Below are positions 21,719-31,093 of a stretch of 64,000 nt of DNA, piece by piece (position 1 is the stretch's first letter; every line of letters starts with the position of its first letter). Under the pieces are notes generated by a model, which was not told the DNA's origin, ran no database searches, and saw only the letters and a program-made list of their open reading frames with translations. The stretch is from Chloroflexota bacterium. Lineage in GTDB: Bacteria > Chloroflexota > Limnocylindria > QHBO01. Made by a program: the position numbers and the translations under genes. The stretch lies in assembly GCA_003243965.1 (NCBI GenBank), contig QHBO01000012.1, forward strand, positions 75,107 through 139,106, given 5' to 3'.

Positions 21719-22894
21719 CTACAGGGCCTCGCCCGCGTCGGCGATCAGCGCGGCGAGCAGCGCCGTGCGGGGCACGATGCTCGCCAGGTCGAGCCACTCG
21801 TCGTCGGAGTGGTCGTCGCCACCGATCGGGCCGAGCCCATCCAGCGTCGGCAGCCCGAGTGCCGCGGTCGTGTTCGCGTCGCTCGCCCCGCCGGTTGCCG
21901 CATCGTGCACCGCAAACCCGAGCTCCGCGGCGAGCCGTTGCGCGAGTCGGACGAGTCGTTCGGCTCCGGGTCCCCTCTCCATGACCGGGTGCCGAGCGAG
22001 CTGTTGCAGGCGCGTCAGCACGCCGGGGATCACGGGTCTGGCCGCCACCTCGTCCAGCGCCGCACACGCCTCGTCGAATTCCCCGGTCGACGCGGCTCGC
22101 AGATCGACCTCCAGCCGGCAGGCATCGGCCACCACGTTGGGGCGTGTGCCGCCGGCGATGACGCCGACGTTGGCGGTGACCGACGGCCAGCGCCCGTTCA
22201 GGGCGTCGATCGCGATCGCCTGGTGTGCGGCGGCCAGGACCGCGCTGCGCCCCTTCTCCGGCTCGATTCCGGCGTGTGCGGCGCGCCCGCGCAGCTCGAT
22301 CCTGAACTCGGCCACCCCCTTGCGCGCGCTGACGATGTCGCCGTTGGCCCGCGCGCACTCGAGGACGAGTGCGATGTCGTGGTCCGCTGCCAGGGAGCGG
22401 ATGATCGGTGTGCTGACCGGCGAGCCGATCTCCTCGTCCGGGTTGGCGACAAGGGTGACCGATCGCCGCACGCCGGATTCCGCCAGCGCAGCGAGCGCAT
22501 GCAGCCCTGCCAGCAGGCCGGCCTTCATGTCCGTCACGCCCGGCCCGGTGGCCCGCGCGCCATCGATGCGGAACGGCCGGTTTGCCGCAGTTCCAGGATC
22601 GAAGACGGTGTCCATGTGACCGATCAGCAGCAGGCGCGGACCGCTTCCGGCCAGGTGGCCGACGACCACATCGCCCAGCCGACCGTCTTCGTGTGCACCA
22701 GAGTCGGGGATCCGCTCGACGTCGGCGCCGATCGCGCGCAGCGCAGACTCCACAGCGTCGGCCACGCGGTTGACGCCCTCCGGGGTGTACGAACCACAGT
22801 CGATGTTGACCAGCGCCTCGAGCTCGGCGAGGTAACGGGGCAGGCGCCGCGTGACGATCTCCTGGAGGGCACGCGGAGAGGAGCTGGCCGACAT
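21719..22894 (-). CDS. M20 family metallopeptidase (carboxypeptidase G2 / ArgE/DapE-like)
   Basis: GHMDTV, DMK and EEIGS metal and catalytic motifs. Confidence 0.75.
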   Translation of the reverse strand: MSASSSPRALQEIVTRRLPRYLAELEALVNIDCGSYTPEGVNRVADAVESALRAIGADVERIPDSGAHEDGRLGDVVVGHLAGSGPRLLLIGHMDTVFDPGTAANRPFRIDGARATGPGVTDMKAGLLAGLHALAALAESGVRRSVTLVANPDEEIGSPVSTPIIRSLAADHDIALVLECARANGDIVSARKGVAEFRIELRGRAAHAGIEPEKGRSAVLAAAHQAIAIDALNGRWPSVTANVGVIAGGTRPNVVADACRLEVDLRAASTGEFDEACAALDEVAARPVIPGVLTRLQQLARHPVMERGPGAERLVRLAQRLAAELGFAVHDAATGGASDANTTAALGLPTLDGLGPIGGDDHSDDEWLDLASIVPRTALLAALIADAGEAL

Positions 22895-22911
22895 CGACCG
22901 GAGTCTAGTCG

Positions 22912-24543
22912 GTGGCCGTGCCTATACTCGGCCGCATGCCGCGGAGGGGAACGCCCAGGCCGGTCGAGCTGGTGGAGATTCGGATCCTGGATGGACCAAA
23001 CCGATTCTTCACCCGCCCCGCGGTGAAGCTCGAGTTCCGCGCGGAGCAGGCCGGCGTCGCCGCCGAGGTGGCCGCCGACGCGGGAGAGGCGGTGCGGCGC
23101 CTCCACGTCGCGCTCGATCTCCCGCCACCGCGGCTGACCGTCAGGGAATCCGTGGATCGCCTTCGCGCCGCGGTCGCCTATCCCTGGCGGCGGCGGACCA
23201 TCTCGCAGTCGATCGGGATTGCGGCGGCTCGCATCGCGCGCGGGGTCAGCACGCACCGCCGCGAGCAGGCGGCGCTGCGATCGGTGGCGCTCGGCCCGCT
23301 ACCGACCCACGCTCGCGCCAACACCCCGATCGTGGCCATCACCGGCACGAACGGCAAGAGCACCACCACCCGCCTCATCGCGCACATCGGGACCGAAGCG
23401 GGCATGCGCGTGGGCATGACGAACTCCGACGGCATCTACGTCGCCGGCGAGCTGGTCGAAGCGGGGGACTGGACCGGCTTCGGCGGTGCGGCCCGGATCC
23501 TGTCGGAGCCGCAGCTCGACCTGGCGGTCCTCGAGACGGCGCGGGGCGGCATCCTGCTGCGCGGGCTTGGCTACGCTGCCAGCGACATCTCGGTGGTCAC
23601 CAACGTCAGCGCCGACCATCTCGGGCTGCAGGGGATCGACACGCTCGACGAGCTGGCTGAGGTGAAGGCCACCGTCGTCCGCGTCGCGCGCCGCGGTGGC
23701 TGGGCGGTCCTCAACGCCGACGACCCACGGGTGTGGGCGATGCGGCGAGAGACCCGGGCGCGGTGGTACCCGTTCAGCCTGGATCCGGCGGCCGAGGGGC
23801 TCAGGCTGGCCCTCGAGCGCGGTGACCGGGGCGCGGTCCTCGATGACGGCTGGCTCGTGCTCCTGGACGCCGGCCATCGCACCCGTCTCGTGCCGGCGGC
23901 CGATCTGCCGGTGACGCTTGCCGGCCTGTCGCGCTACAATATCGCCAACGCGCTGGCCGCGGCGGCCGCCGCTGACGCGCTCGGCATCGGGCTGGAGCTG
24001 ATTCGCTCGGCCCTGCAGACCTTTGCGCAGGACACCGCCGCCAATCCGGGCCGGCTGAACCTGTTCGAGCGAGAGGGTGTGATCGTCGCGGTTGACTTTG
24101 CGCACAACGTCGCGGGTCTGCAAGGGCTGCTTGAGGTCGGTCGCGCGCTCGCGGGAGCGCGGCGGCTGCGGCTCGGCCTGGGCACCGCCGGCGACCGCAC
24201 CGATGAGGTGCTGTATGAGCTCGGCCGCCTCGCCGGCCGGGCCGCCGACGACGTGCTGATCGCCGAGAAGCGCCATTACCTGCGCGGACGCGATCTGGAT
24301 GAGATGAATGCCGTCTTCAGGCGTGGAATCGCCGCCGGCGGCTTCGAGGGCGAGGTGACCGCCGCTCCAGACGAGGTCGAGGCGGTCCGCGCGCTCGTCG
24401 AGCGCTGCGCGCCCGGGGACGTGGCAGCGGTGATGGCCCATGCCGATCGGCCGCAGGTCTTCGCCTGGCTGGCAGACAACGGCTTCGCTCCCGTCGACGC
24501 GGCGAGCGTGCTGTCCGCTCGCGCGGCGGACGCGGCGGGCTAG
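22912..24543 (+). CDS. Cyanophycin synthetase paralog with N domain plus Mur-ligase (M) domain; ATP-grasp domain absent
   Basis: N-terminal VELVEIRILDGPNRFFTRPAVKLEF parallels the CphA N domain (RIVDTRVYRGPNYWSYDPAIKLVV). It is followed directly by the Mur-ligase P-loop IVAITGTNGKSTTTR and an M domain colinear with the CphA M domain. Start is GTG 22912; ATG 22936 is an alternative. Confidence 0.7.
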   Translation: MAVPILGRMPRRGTPRPVELVEIRILDGPNRFFTRPAVKLEFRAEQAGVAAEVAADAGEAVRRLHVALDLPPPRLTVRESVDRLRAAVAYPWRRRTISQSIGIAAARIARGVSTHRREQAALRSVALGPLPTHARANTPIVAITGTNGKSTTTRLIAHIGTEAGMRVGMTNSDGIYVAGELVEAGDWTGFGGAARILSEPQLDLAVLETARGGILLRGLGYAASDISVVTNVSADHLGLQGIDTLDELAEVKATVVRVARRGGWAVLNADDPRVWAMRRETRARWYPFSLDPAAEGLRLALERGDRGAVLDDGWLVLLDAGHRTRLVPAADLPVTLAGLSRYNIANALAAAAAADALGIGLELIRSALQTFAQDTAANPGRLNLFEREGVIVAVDFAHNVAGLQGLLEVGRALAGARRLRLGLGTAGDRTDEVLYELGRLAGRAADDVLIAEKRHYLRGRDLDEMNAVFRRGIAAGGFEGEVTAAPDEVEAVRALVERCAPGDVAAVMAHADRPQVFAWLADNGFAPVDAASVLSARAADAAG

Positions 24544-27419
24544 AAGACCTCCGCGGCGAACGGTTCCTCCAGCTCTGCGAGCTCCCCGAGCTCGGTGACG
24601 GCCCGCGGCCCCCCCTCATCGCCAGCTCCGTCGTCGCCGCTGGGTCCGCCGTTGCCGCCGCCGCCGTGCTGGCGGCGCTGAAGCTCGAGCCACACGTCGT
24701 TGGCGTGATCGACGCAGACGACCACGATGTCGCCGTCGTCGGCGAGGTCGAGGGCGTGGCGCGCCGCATCGATCTCCTCGAGGCGAGTCTCGACCGTCTT
24801 GCACCGCGCGCCATCGCGCATCGCCCCGCGCACGCCCTCCTCGATCAGACCCGCCGTTTCGCCCGGCCGGCGGCCACGCGGATTGGCATCCTCGCGGATG
24901 ACGATCGTGTCGAAGTGGCCAGCGGCGACGCGGCCGAGCTCGCGGACGTCCTCATCGCGGCGATCCCCGGCAGTGGCGATGACGGCGATCCGGTGTCCGG
25001 TCACCAGGCCGCGCCGGCCGCCGGGTGCCGGCTCGGACAGGCGCTCGACGAACTCGCCAAGGGCGGCGAGGGCCGGGGGGTTGTGGGCATAGTCGATCAC
25101 CACCCGGTAGCCGTCGACCTCGAACATGTTCAGGCGGCCCGGGGCCATGAAGTAGCTGGTCGAGAAGGTCCGCAGCCCCTGGCGGATGTCGTGCAGGTGC
25201 GCTCCTGCCGCCCAGGCGGCGGCGGCCGCGGCGAGCGCGTTCTGGACGTTCATTCGGGCGCGCCCCTCGAAGGTGCTCGGGAGCAGGTGCGTCCAGACCA
25301 GCGGCATGCTCTTGCGTCCCTGGCGGAGCACGATCATCTCGCCGTTGCCGCCCTGCTCCAGGGTCACCGCGCGGCGGCCGCGTGCGGCGGCCCGCTTGAC
25401 GTGCTCGTTGTCGGGATCCATGGAGAAGTAGATCACCGATCCAGAGCTGGCGCGGGCCATGCCGGCCACCAGCGGCTCATCGGCATTCAGCACGGCCGTG
25501 CCGTAGCGCGGCACCGCCTCGACCACCACCTGCTTGACGCCCGCCAGCTGGCGGATCGAATGGATCCCGCCGAGGCCGAGATGGTCGCCGGTCACGTTGA
25601 GCACCACCGCGACGTCATTGCGCTGGTAGCCGAGGCCCTCGCGCAGAATGCCACCCCTGGCGACCTCGAACACCGCAACGTCGACCGATGGGTTCTGGAG
25701 GACCATCGACGCCGAGCGCGGGCCGCTCATGTCGCCGCGGCGGACGGTCCGGCCGTCCACGAAGATGCCGTCGGTCGAGGTCATGCCGACCTTGTGACCC
25801 ATGCCCTTGAGCACGTGGGCGATCATGCGTGCCGTCGTCGTCTTGCCGTTCGAGCCGGTGACGGCCACGATCGGGATCCGCGACGGCGTGCCCGGCGGGA
25901 AGAGCATGTCGATCACCGGTTTGGCGACGTACTGGGGCTCGCCCTCGGTCGGGTGCGTATGCATCCGGAACCCCGGCGCCGCATTGACCTCCACGATCCC
26001 GCCGCCGGTCTCGCGGACCGGACGTGACACATCGGGACAGATCAGGTCGATGCCCGCGATGTCGAGCCCGACCACGCGCGCCGCCAGCTCGGCGATCTCG
26101 GCGTTGTCGGGATGGATCTCCTCCGTTCGGTCGATGCTGATCCCGCCGGTGCTCATGTTGCCGGTCCGCCTCAGGAAGACCCGCGCTCTGCGGGGAGGCA
26201 CGTCGTCCAGCCCGAATCCCTGCTCCGCGGCGTACGCCATCGCCCCCTCGTCGAGGGTGATCCGGGTCAGGACCTTCTCATGACCGATTCCGCGCCGGGG
26301 ATCCGTGTTGGTGATCGCCACCAGCTCGCGCAGGGTGTGCTGGCCGTCGGCCTTGACGTGGGCCGGGACGCGCTGCGCAACTGCCCGCAGGGCGCCGTCG
26401 ATCACCAGGCATCGGTAGTCGTTCCCGATGAGGTACCTCTCCACCACCACCGCACCGCGTCGTGACTCACGGCGGGCCGATCGATAGGCGGCCCGCACGG
26501 CGGCATCGTCGGCTAGGTTGAGGGCCACGCCGCGACCGTGGTTGCCGTCGAGCGGCTTCACCGCCACCGGGAAGCCGATCACGTTGGCGACCTTGACCGC
26601 CTCCTCCTCGCCGCGCGCGATCTCGGAGCGGGGGACCGGGATGCCGGTCGCGGCCAGCAGCCGGTTGGTGAGCTTCTTGTCGGATGCGATATCGACCCCC
26701 AGCGAGCTGGTCTGGGACGTCATCGTGGCCCGGATTCGCTTCTGATGGCGGCCATGCCCGAGCTGGATGAGCGACTGCTCGTTGAGCCGGATGTAGGGGA
26801 TGTCGCGAAGCGTCGCCTCGTCGAGGATCGCCTGCGTCGAAGGGCCGAAGGCGGAGCGCTCCGCGAGCCGGATGAGGTCTTCGAGCTCGGCGAGGAAGTC
26901 GAAGGCGGTGTCCGCCTCGACCAGGTGGTTGACCAGCCGGACGGCAAGCCGTCCGGCGGCGAGGCCGACGCTCTCTTCCGCGTAGGAGTAGACCACGTGG
27001 TAGCGACCCGGCTCCCCGGTGCTCCGGGTCTTGCCACGACCCACCTCCGTGCCGGCCTCGCGCTGCAGCTGCAGGGCGATGTGCTCCGCGACGTGCCCCA
27101 GCCAGGTGCCCTGTCTGAGCCGCTTCTCGAATCCGCCCGGCTTGCCGGTCGAGCAGCTGTGCTCCGCCACTCCGGGCAGCAGCGACAGGAGGCCATCCAC
27201 GAAACCCGGGATCCGATTCGAGGGGAAGTCCTCGAGCACGCCGAGATCGACGACGAGCTTGATTGCCGGGTCGTAACTCCAGTAGTTCGGTCCGCGGTAG
27301 ACGCGCGTGTCAACGATGCGCAGCGTCGGCTGCGGGGCCGTCGCGACCCCCTGCGCGCGCCTCCGCCTCCTCGGAAGACGGTCGGTGCGCCGATCTCCGC
27401 GGCGCCCGTCGTCGCTCAC
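24540..27419 (-). CDS. cphA: Cyanophycin synthetase CphA (N domain, ATP-grasp, Mur-ligase domain)
   Basis: 959 aa. N domain GPNYWSY, ATP-grasp region, Mur ligase VTGSNGKTTT. GTG start overlaps the cphB stop. Confidence 0.9.
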   Translation of the reverse strand: MSDDGRRGDRRTDRLPRRRRRAQGVATAPQPTLRIVDTRVYRGPNYWSYDPAIKLVVDLGVLEDFPSNRIPGFVDGLLSLLPGVAEHSCSTGKPGGFEKRLRQGTWLGHVAEHIALQLQREAGTEVGRGKTRSTGEPGRYHVVYSYAEESVGLAAGRLAVRLVNHLVEADTAFDFLAELEDLIRLAERSAFGPSTQAILDEATLRDIPYIRLNEQSLIQLGHGRHQKRIRATMTSQTSSLGVDIASDKKLTNRLLAATGIPVPRSEIARGEEEAVKVANVIGFPVAVKPLDGNHGRGVALNLADDAAVRAAYRSARRESRRGAVVVERYLIGNDYRCLVIDGALRAVAQRVPAHVKADGQHTLRELVAITNTDPRRGIGHEKVLTRITLDEGAMAYAAEQGFGLDDVPPRRARVFLRRTGNMSTGGISIDRTEEIHPDNAEIAELAARVVGLDIAGIDLICPDVSRPVRETGGGIVEVNAAPGFRMHTHPTEGEPQYVAKPVIDMLFPPGTPSRIPIVAVTGSNGKTTTARMIAHVLKGMGHKVGMTSTDGIFVDGRTVRRGDMSGPRSASMVLQNPSVDVAVFEVARGGILREGLGYQRNDVAVVLNVTGDHLGLGGIHSIRQLAGVKQVVVEAVPRYGTAVLNADEPLVAGMARASSGSVIYFSMDPDNEHVKRAAARGRRAVTLEQGGNGEMIVLRQGRKSMPLVWTHLLPSTFEGRARMNVQNALAAAAAAWAAGAHLHDIRQGLRTFSTSYFMAPGRLNMFEVDGYRVVIDYAHNPPALAALGEFVERLSEPAPGGRRGLVTGHRIAVIATAGDRRDEDVRELGRVAAGHFDTIVIREDANPRGRRPGETAGLIEEGVRGAMRDGARCKTVETRLEEIDAARHALDLADDGDIVVVCVDHANDVWLELQRRQHGGGGNGGPSGDDGAGDEGGPRAVTELGELAELEEPFAAEVF

Positions 27420-28417
27420 TCGCTCGCCTCCTCGACCCGCCGCGCGCGCACCGCCCGACGACGACGAGCCCGCTCGACCACACGGTCGTCGGCACCCTCC
27501 GCGGCGACCCGGCGAATGAGCGCGCGCGCCCGTTTGCCGGCCGTCTCCATGGCGGCCAACTCGCGTTCGCTGGTGCTCAGCGCGCGGAGCGGCGCCAGCA
27601 GCCGCCGCCTTCGGAGGTCGAACCGGTATCCCGCCGGCAGCGAGTGGAGCAGAACGCCGCTGGCCATCATCGGTCGATGGCGCTTGACCTCGTACGCATC
27701 GGTCTGAAGCTTCGCCGGGTCGAGGATGGTGACCGACCCTTTGCCGATCACCTCCATCACTCCGTTGGGGCTCACCAGGGCCGCCGTGTCCTCGTCGATG
27801 CCCATCCCCAGCAGGGCCGGAGACTGGGCGATGAGCGCCAACAGGCGTCCGATCCGGTTGCGCTGCTCAAAATGCTGATCGATGAGGACGCCGGGGAGCA
27901 GCCCGAGTCCCGCGCTCATCTGCGTCATCCGCTGCTTGGGCGTGGCGCCGCTGGTGCCGAAGGCGACCATGTGCGTGCTCATCGCGGAGGCTCCGGCGCT
28001 GGTCCCCGCGACGATTGCTCCTGCCCGCTGACGTTCGAGCAGCGCGCGGCCAAGCAGCGTGCCGCCGATGACGCTCGCCAGCCGCAGCTGGTTGCCGCCG
28101 GTCATGAAGATGGCCGTCGCGTCATCGAGCAGGGCGGCGATGCGAGGATCGTTGGCGTCCTCCCGCGTGAGGGGGCGGATGCCGCGCACGTCGGCGACGT
28201 TCAGGGCGTGGAAGAGCGAGCGGTACAGGTCGGTCGCCTCGTCCCCGAGCGACGAGGCGGTCGAGATGACCACGATCCGGGCCTCGCTCGCACCCGCCAG
28301 CGCGATGAAGCGTGCGAGGATCTGCCGCTGGCGCAGCTTGTCCTCCGCTCCACCGATGATCAGCAGGTGACCACCCCGGGATGCCGGGCGCGGGGCAGGG
28401 AGCATGCGCGGCAGCAT
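27416..28417 (-). CDS. cphB: Cyanophycinase (peptidase S51)
   Basis: LLIIGGAEDK, MTGGNQ and GTSAGAS motifs (nucleophile Ser). Confidence 0.85.
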   Translation of the reverse strand: MLPRMLPAPRPASRGGHLLIIGGAEDKLRQRQILARFIALAGASEARIVVISTASSLGDEATDLYRSLFHALNVADVRGIRPLTREDANDPRIAALLDDATAIFMTGGNQLRLASVIGGTLLGRALLERQRAGAIVAGTSAGASAMSTHMVAFGTSGATPKQRMTQMSAGLGLLPGVLIDQHFEQRNRIGRLLALIAQSPALLGMGIDEDTAALVSPNGVMEVIGKGSVTILDPAKLQTDAYEVKRHRPMMASGVLLHSLPAGYRFDLRRRRLLAPLRALSTSERELAAMETAGKRARALIRRVAAEGADDRVVERARRRRAVRARRVEEASE

Positions 28418-28475
28418 AGCCGAACTCGGTCGCCGAACCTGGGCGAGCGGAGGCGCGCTCGGTAGACTTCACCAG

Positions 28476-29600
28476 ATGTCGTTTCGCAGCGAGGCACGCG
28501 ACTACTACGCCATCCTTGGCGCCGAGCCATCGGCGTCTGCGGCGGAGCTTCGCGGCGCGTTCCGCGAGGCGGTCCTCCGCCACCATCCGGACCGCACCGC
28601 CGCTTCCGAGATTGCGACGCGCCGCACCTCGATGCTCAACCGTGCCTGGGCAGAGCTCCGCGACCCGGTGCGCCGCCTGCACTACGACCGTGACCTCGAG
28701 CGCGGTCGCGCCGCCCTCGTGGAGTGGCCGCTCGAGGACGGCGAGGTTTCGCGCCGGCGTCAGCGCGGCCGGGTCGAGCCGCTTCCGCGCAGCCGCTGGC
28801 ACCAGCCGGAATGGCGTACCGCCCGCGGCTTTCGCGTTCCGGCCGAGGTGTTCGTCCGCGGACCGGCGGCCCAGGATCGCTGGATCGTGGAGCACCACAT
28901 CGCGGTTGACGACTGGAGAGCGCATTCCGAGCGCTACTGGCTCCGGTACGCCGCCGAGCACTACCGCGAGCGCGGCCGAGTCGACGACTGGCTTGGCTCC
29001 CTCGAGCGCCTGCTCGACGTCGACCAGAGCTATGACACGCTGGTGCAGTCCGGACTGCGTGAGGCCTACCTGGCGACCACCTCGTTCCTGAGGGGCGCCG
29101 CGCGCTTCGAGCGGATCGCGGTGCGCTACCCCGCAGGGACGCCGCAGCGCGCCTGGGTCGACCGCGAGGTCCGCGCCCTGCTCGGCGCCTTCCGGGATGC
29201 GCGCGTCCGGCGCGGCGCCGCGGCTGCGCGCGCCGAGAACGGCGAGATGCTGATGAACTACCTCGAGGTGCTCGGCATGACCCCCACCTTCGCGGATCTG
29301 CGCGCGGCCATCGTCGCGCATCGGCGGGCCGGCAACCTGGCGCGCGCCTCGGAGCTCGTGAGCCGCGCGGCGAACGAAGCGGTCACCGATCCAGCGCGCT
29401 GGTTCTCACTGGTGCAGCTGCTCACCGAGTCCGGGCAGCTGGAGCGTGCGTCGGCCCTCCTGGCGGAGGTGGCGCGCGGCGAGCACCCCGAGGCGCTCGA
29501 GCGGAAGGCGATCGGAGGCGACCCCGGTCGGCGGATCGCGGCCGCGCGCCGGCGCCTGCGTGTGGCTCGTGGCCGGGCCGCAACCGCCCACGCGGGATGA
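28476..29600 (+). CDS. J-domain protein with a C-terminal helical domain
   Basis: DYYAILG...LRHHPDR (HPD motif) at the N-terminus; about 300 aa of helical repeat follows. ATG at 28476; the ORF track has an upstream extension. Confidence 0.65.
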   Translation: MSFRSEARDYYAILGAEPSASAAELRGAFREAVLRHHPDRTAASEIATRRTSMLNRAWAELRDPVRRLHYDRDLERGRAALVEWPLEDGEVSRRRQRGRVEPLPRSRWHQPEWRTARGFRVPAEVFVRGPAAQDRWIVEHHIAVDDWRAHSERYWLRYAAEHYRERGRVDDWLGSLERLLDVDQSYDTLVQSGLREAYLATTSFLRGAARFERIAVRYPAGTPQRAWVDREVRALLGAFRDARVRRGAAAARAENGEMLMNYLEVLGMTPTFADLRAAIVAHRRAGNLARASELVSRAANEAVTDPARWFSLVQLLTESGQLERASALLAEVARGEHPEALERKAIGGDPGRRIAAARRRLRVARGRAATAHAG

Positions 29601-31093
29601 ACCTGCTGCGACCGAACGGTCGAGCGCTGGCCGGAGCGCTGGCGGGGGGCGGCAGCGCAGTGGTCGCGGCGCTGCTTGCGAACGTCGCCGGCCGCGAGAC
29701 GCCGTTCACCGCGCTGATGGTGCTGGTGGTCGCGCTGGTCGGCCTCGGCCTGGGGGCTGCCGCGGCGGTGTACGCCTATGCCGCGGCCGGCTTCGGGCTC
29801 TTTGCGTTGTCCGCCGTGGTGTACCGGGTCCCGACCAGCACGCCGGCCGACGTCCTGCGCTACGGCGCGTTCATCGTCGGGACACCGTTCGTCATCCTGC
29901 TCGCGCTGCGCGCGGAGCGGGAACGGCACGCGACCCTGGCGGCTCGGGACGTGACCGAGGCCGCAATTGCACGGGTCGAGGCCGAGCGGACCGAGACGGA
30001 TCGCGCGCGGCGCCAGGTCGACGACGCGCTGCGTGACGCGCAGCGTGAGCGTGCGCGGTTGGAGGAGGTGGCAGAGTCCATTCCCGAGCCGTTGATCGTC
30101 TACGACGCTGCATCCCAGGGCACCTACGGCAACCGCGCGGCTCTGCGCCTGTTCGGGCGCAGCTTCTTCGAGCGACCACTCGACGAATGGGGTCGCGCCG
30201 CTCGTCCCCGCGACGAGGCCGGGGACCCGCTGCCACCGGGCGAATGGCCCCAGGTCGCGGCCCAGCGATCCCCGATTCGTCGGCGGGTCATCGTCCGGCT
30301 GCCGATGTCGGGCCGCGACCTGATCGTTGACGTGGAGGGAACCCCGATCCCGGGCGGAGGCTGCGTCCTGCTGCTGCGGGACGTTGGGAAGGAGGAGGAT
30401 GAACGGCGGCGTCTGTCGCAGTTCGCCAGCTTCGTGGCCCACGAGCTGCGCAATCCGCTCGCGGTCGCAAAGGCTCGCGCGGAGCTGACCCTTCGGGAGG
30501 CCGGCCTTTCCGACCGGTCGCGAGTCCACACGGAGCGGTCGCTCGAGTCGGTAGATGCCGCCATCGGGATCCTCGAGCGACTCGAGCTCTACTCGCGGGC
30601 GGACGCCGGCCACATCGAGGCCCGACTCGAGCCGTTCCAGCTGGGCGCGGCGGTCGAGGCAGCCCTCGAGCGGCTCCGCGCCCGGGGGAGCGAGCGCGAG
30701 GTCATGGTCCGCGGTCCGATCGACACCCAGGCGCTCGGGGACCGCCACCTGGCCGAGCAGGCGATCACCAACGTGCTCACCAACGCGGACCGCTATTCGG
30801 AGCCGAACGCGCCTATCGAGATTGAGATCCAAGGCGGCGATCCGGTGGCGGTGCGGGTCAGCGACGCCGGCCCGGGGATCAGCGACGAGGTTGCGGGGCG
30901 GCTGTTTCGAGATCGGGTGGCCGGCGGCCGGGGCCTCGGCCTGGGGCTCTACCTGGTGGCCGCCACGATGAGCGCCCAGGGCGGATCGGTCCAGCTCGAG
31001 CAGCGCCGTCCGGCCGCCATCTTCGTCCTGCGCTGGCGGCGCGCATCGATCTCAGTCGGCGTCGAGGAACCGCCCGCGGTCACTCCCCGCTGA
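29597..31093 (+). CDS. Membrane sensor histidine kinase (4 TM, PAS-like, HisKA, HATPase_c)
   Basis: FVAHELRNPL H-box and G-box GLGLGLYLV. Start overlaps the J-protein stop (ATGA). No response regulator is adjacent. Confidence 0.8.
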   Translation: MNLLRPNGRALAGALAGGGSAVVAALLANVAGRETPFTALMVLVVALVGLGLGAAAAVYAYAAAGFGLFALSAVVYRVPTSTPADVLRYGAFIVGTPFVILLALRAERERHATLAARDVTEAAIARVEAERTETDRARRQVDDALRDAQRERARLEEVAESIPEPLIVYDAASQGTYGNRAALRLFGRSFFERPLDEWGRAARPRDEAGDPLPPGEWPQVAAQRSPIRRRVIVRLPMSGRDLIVDVEGTPIPGGGCVLLLRDVGKEEDERRRLSQFASFVAHELRNPLAVAKARAELTLREAGLSDRSRVHTERSLESVDAAIGILERLELYSRADAGHIEARLEPFQLGAAVEAALERLRARGSEREVMVRGPIDTQALGDRHLAEQAITNVLTNADRYSEPNAPIEIEIQGGDPVAVRVSDAGPGISDEVAGRLFRDRVAGGRGLGLGLYLVAATMSAQGGSVQLEQRRPAAIFVLRWRRASISVGVEEPPAVTPR

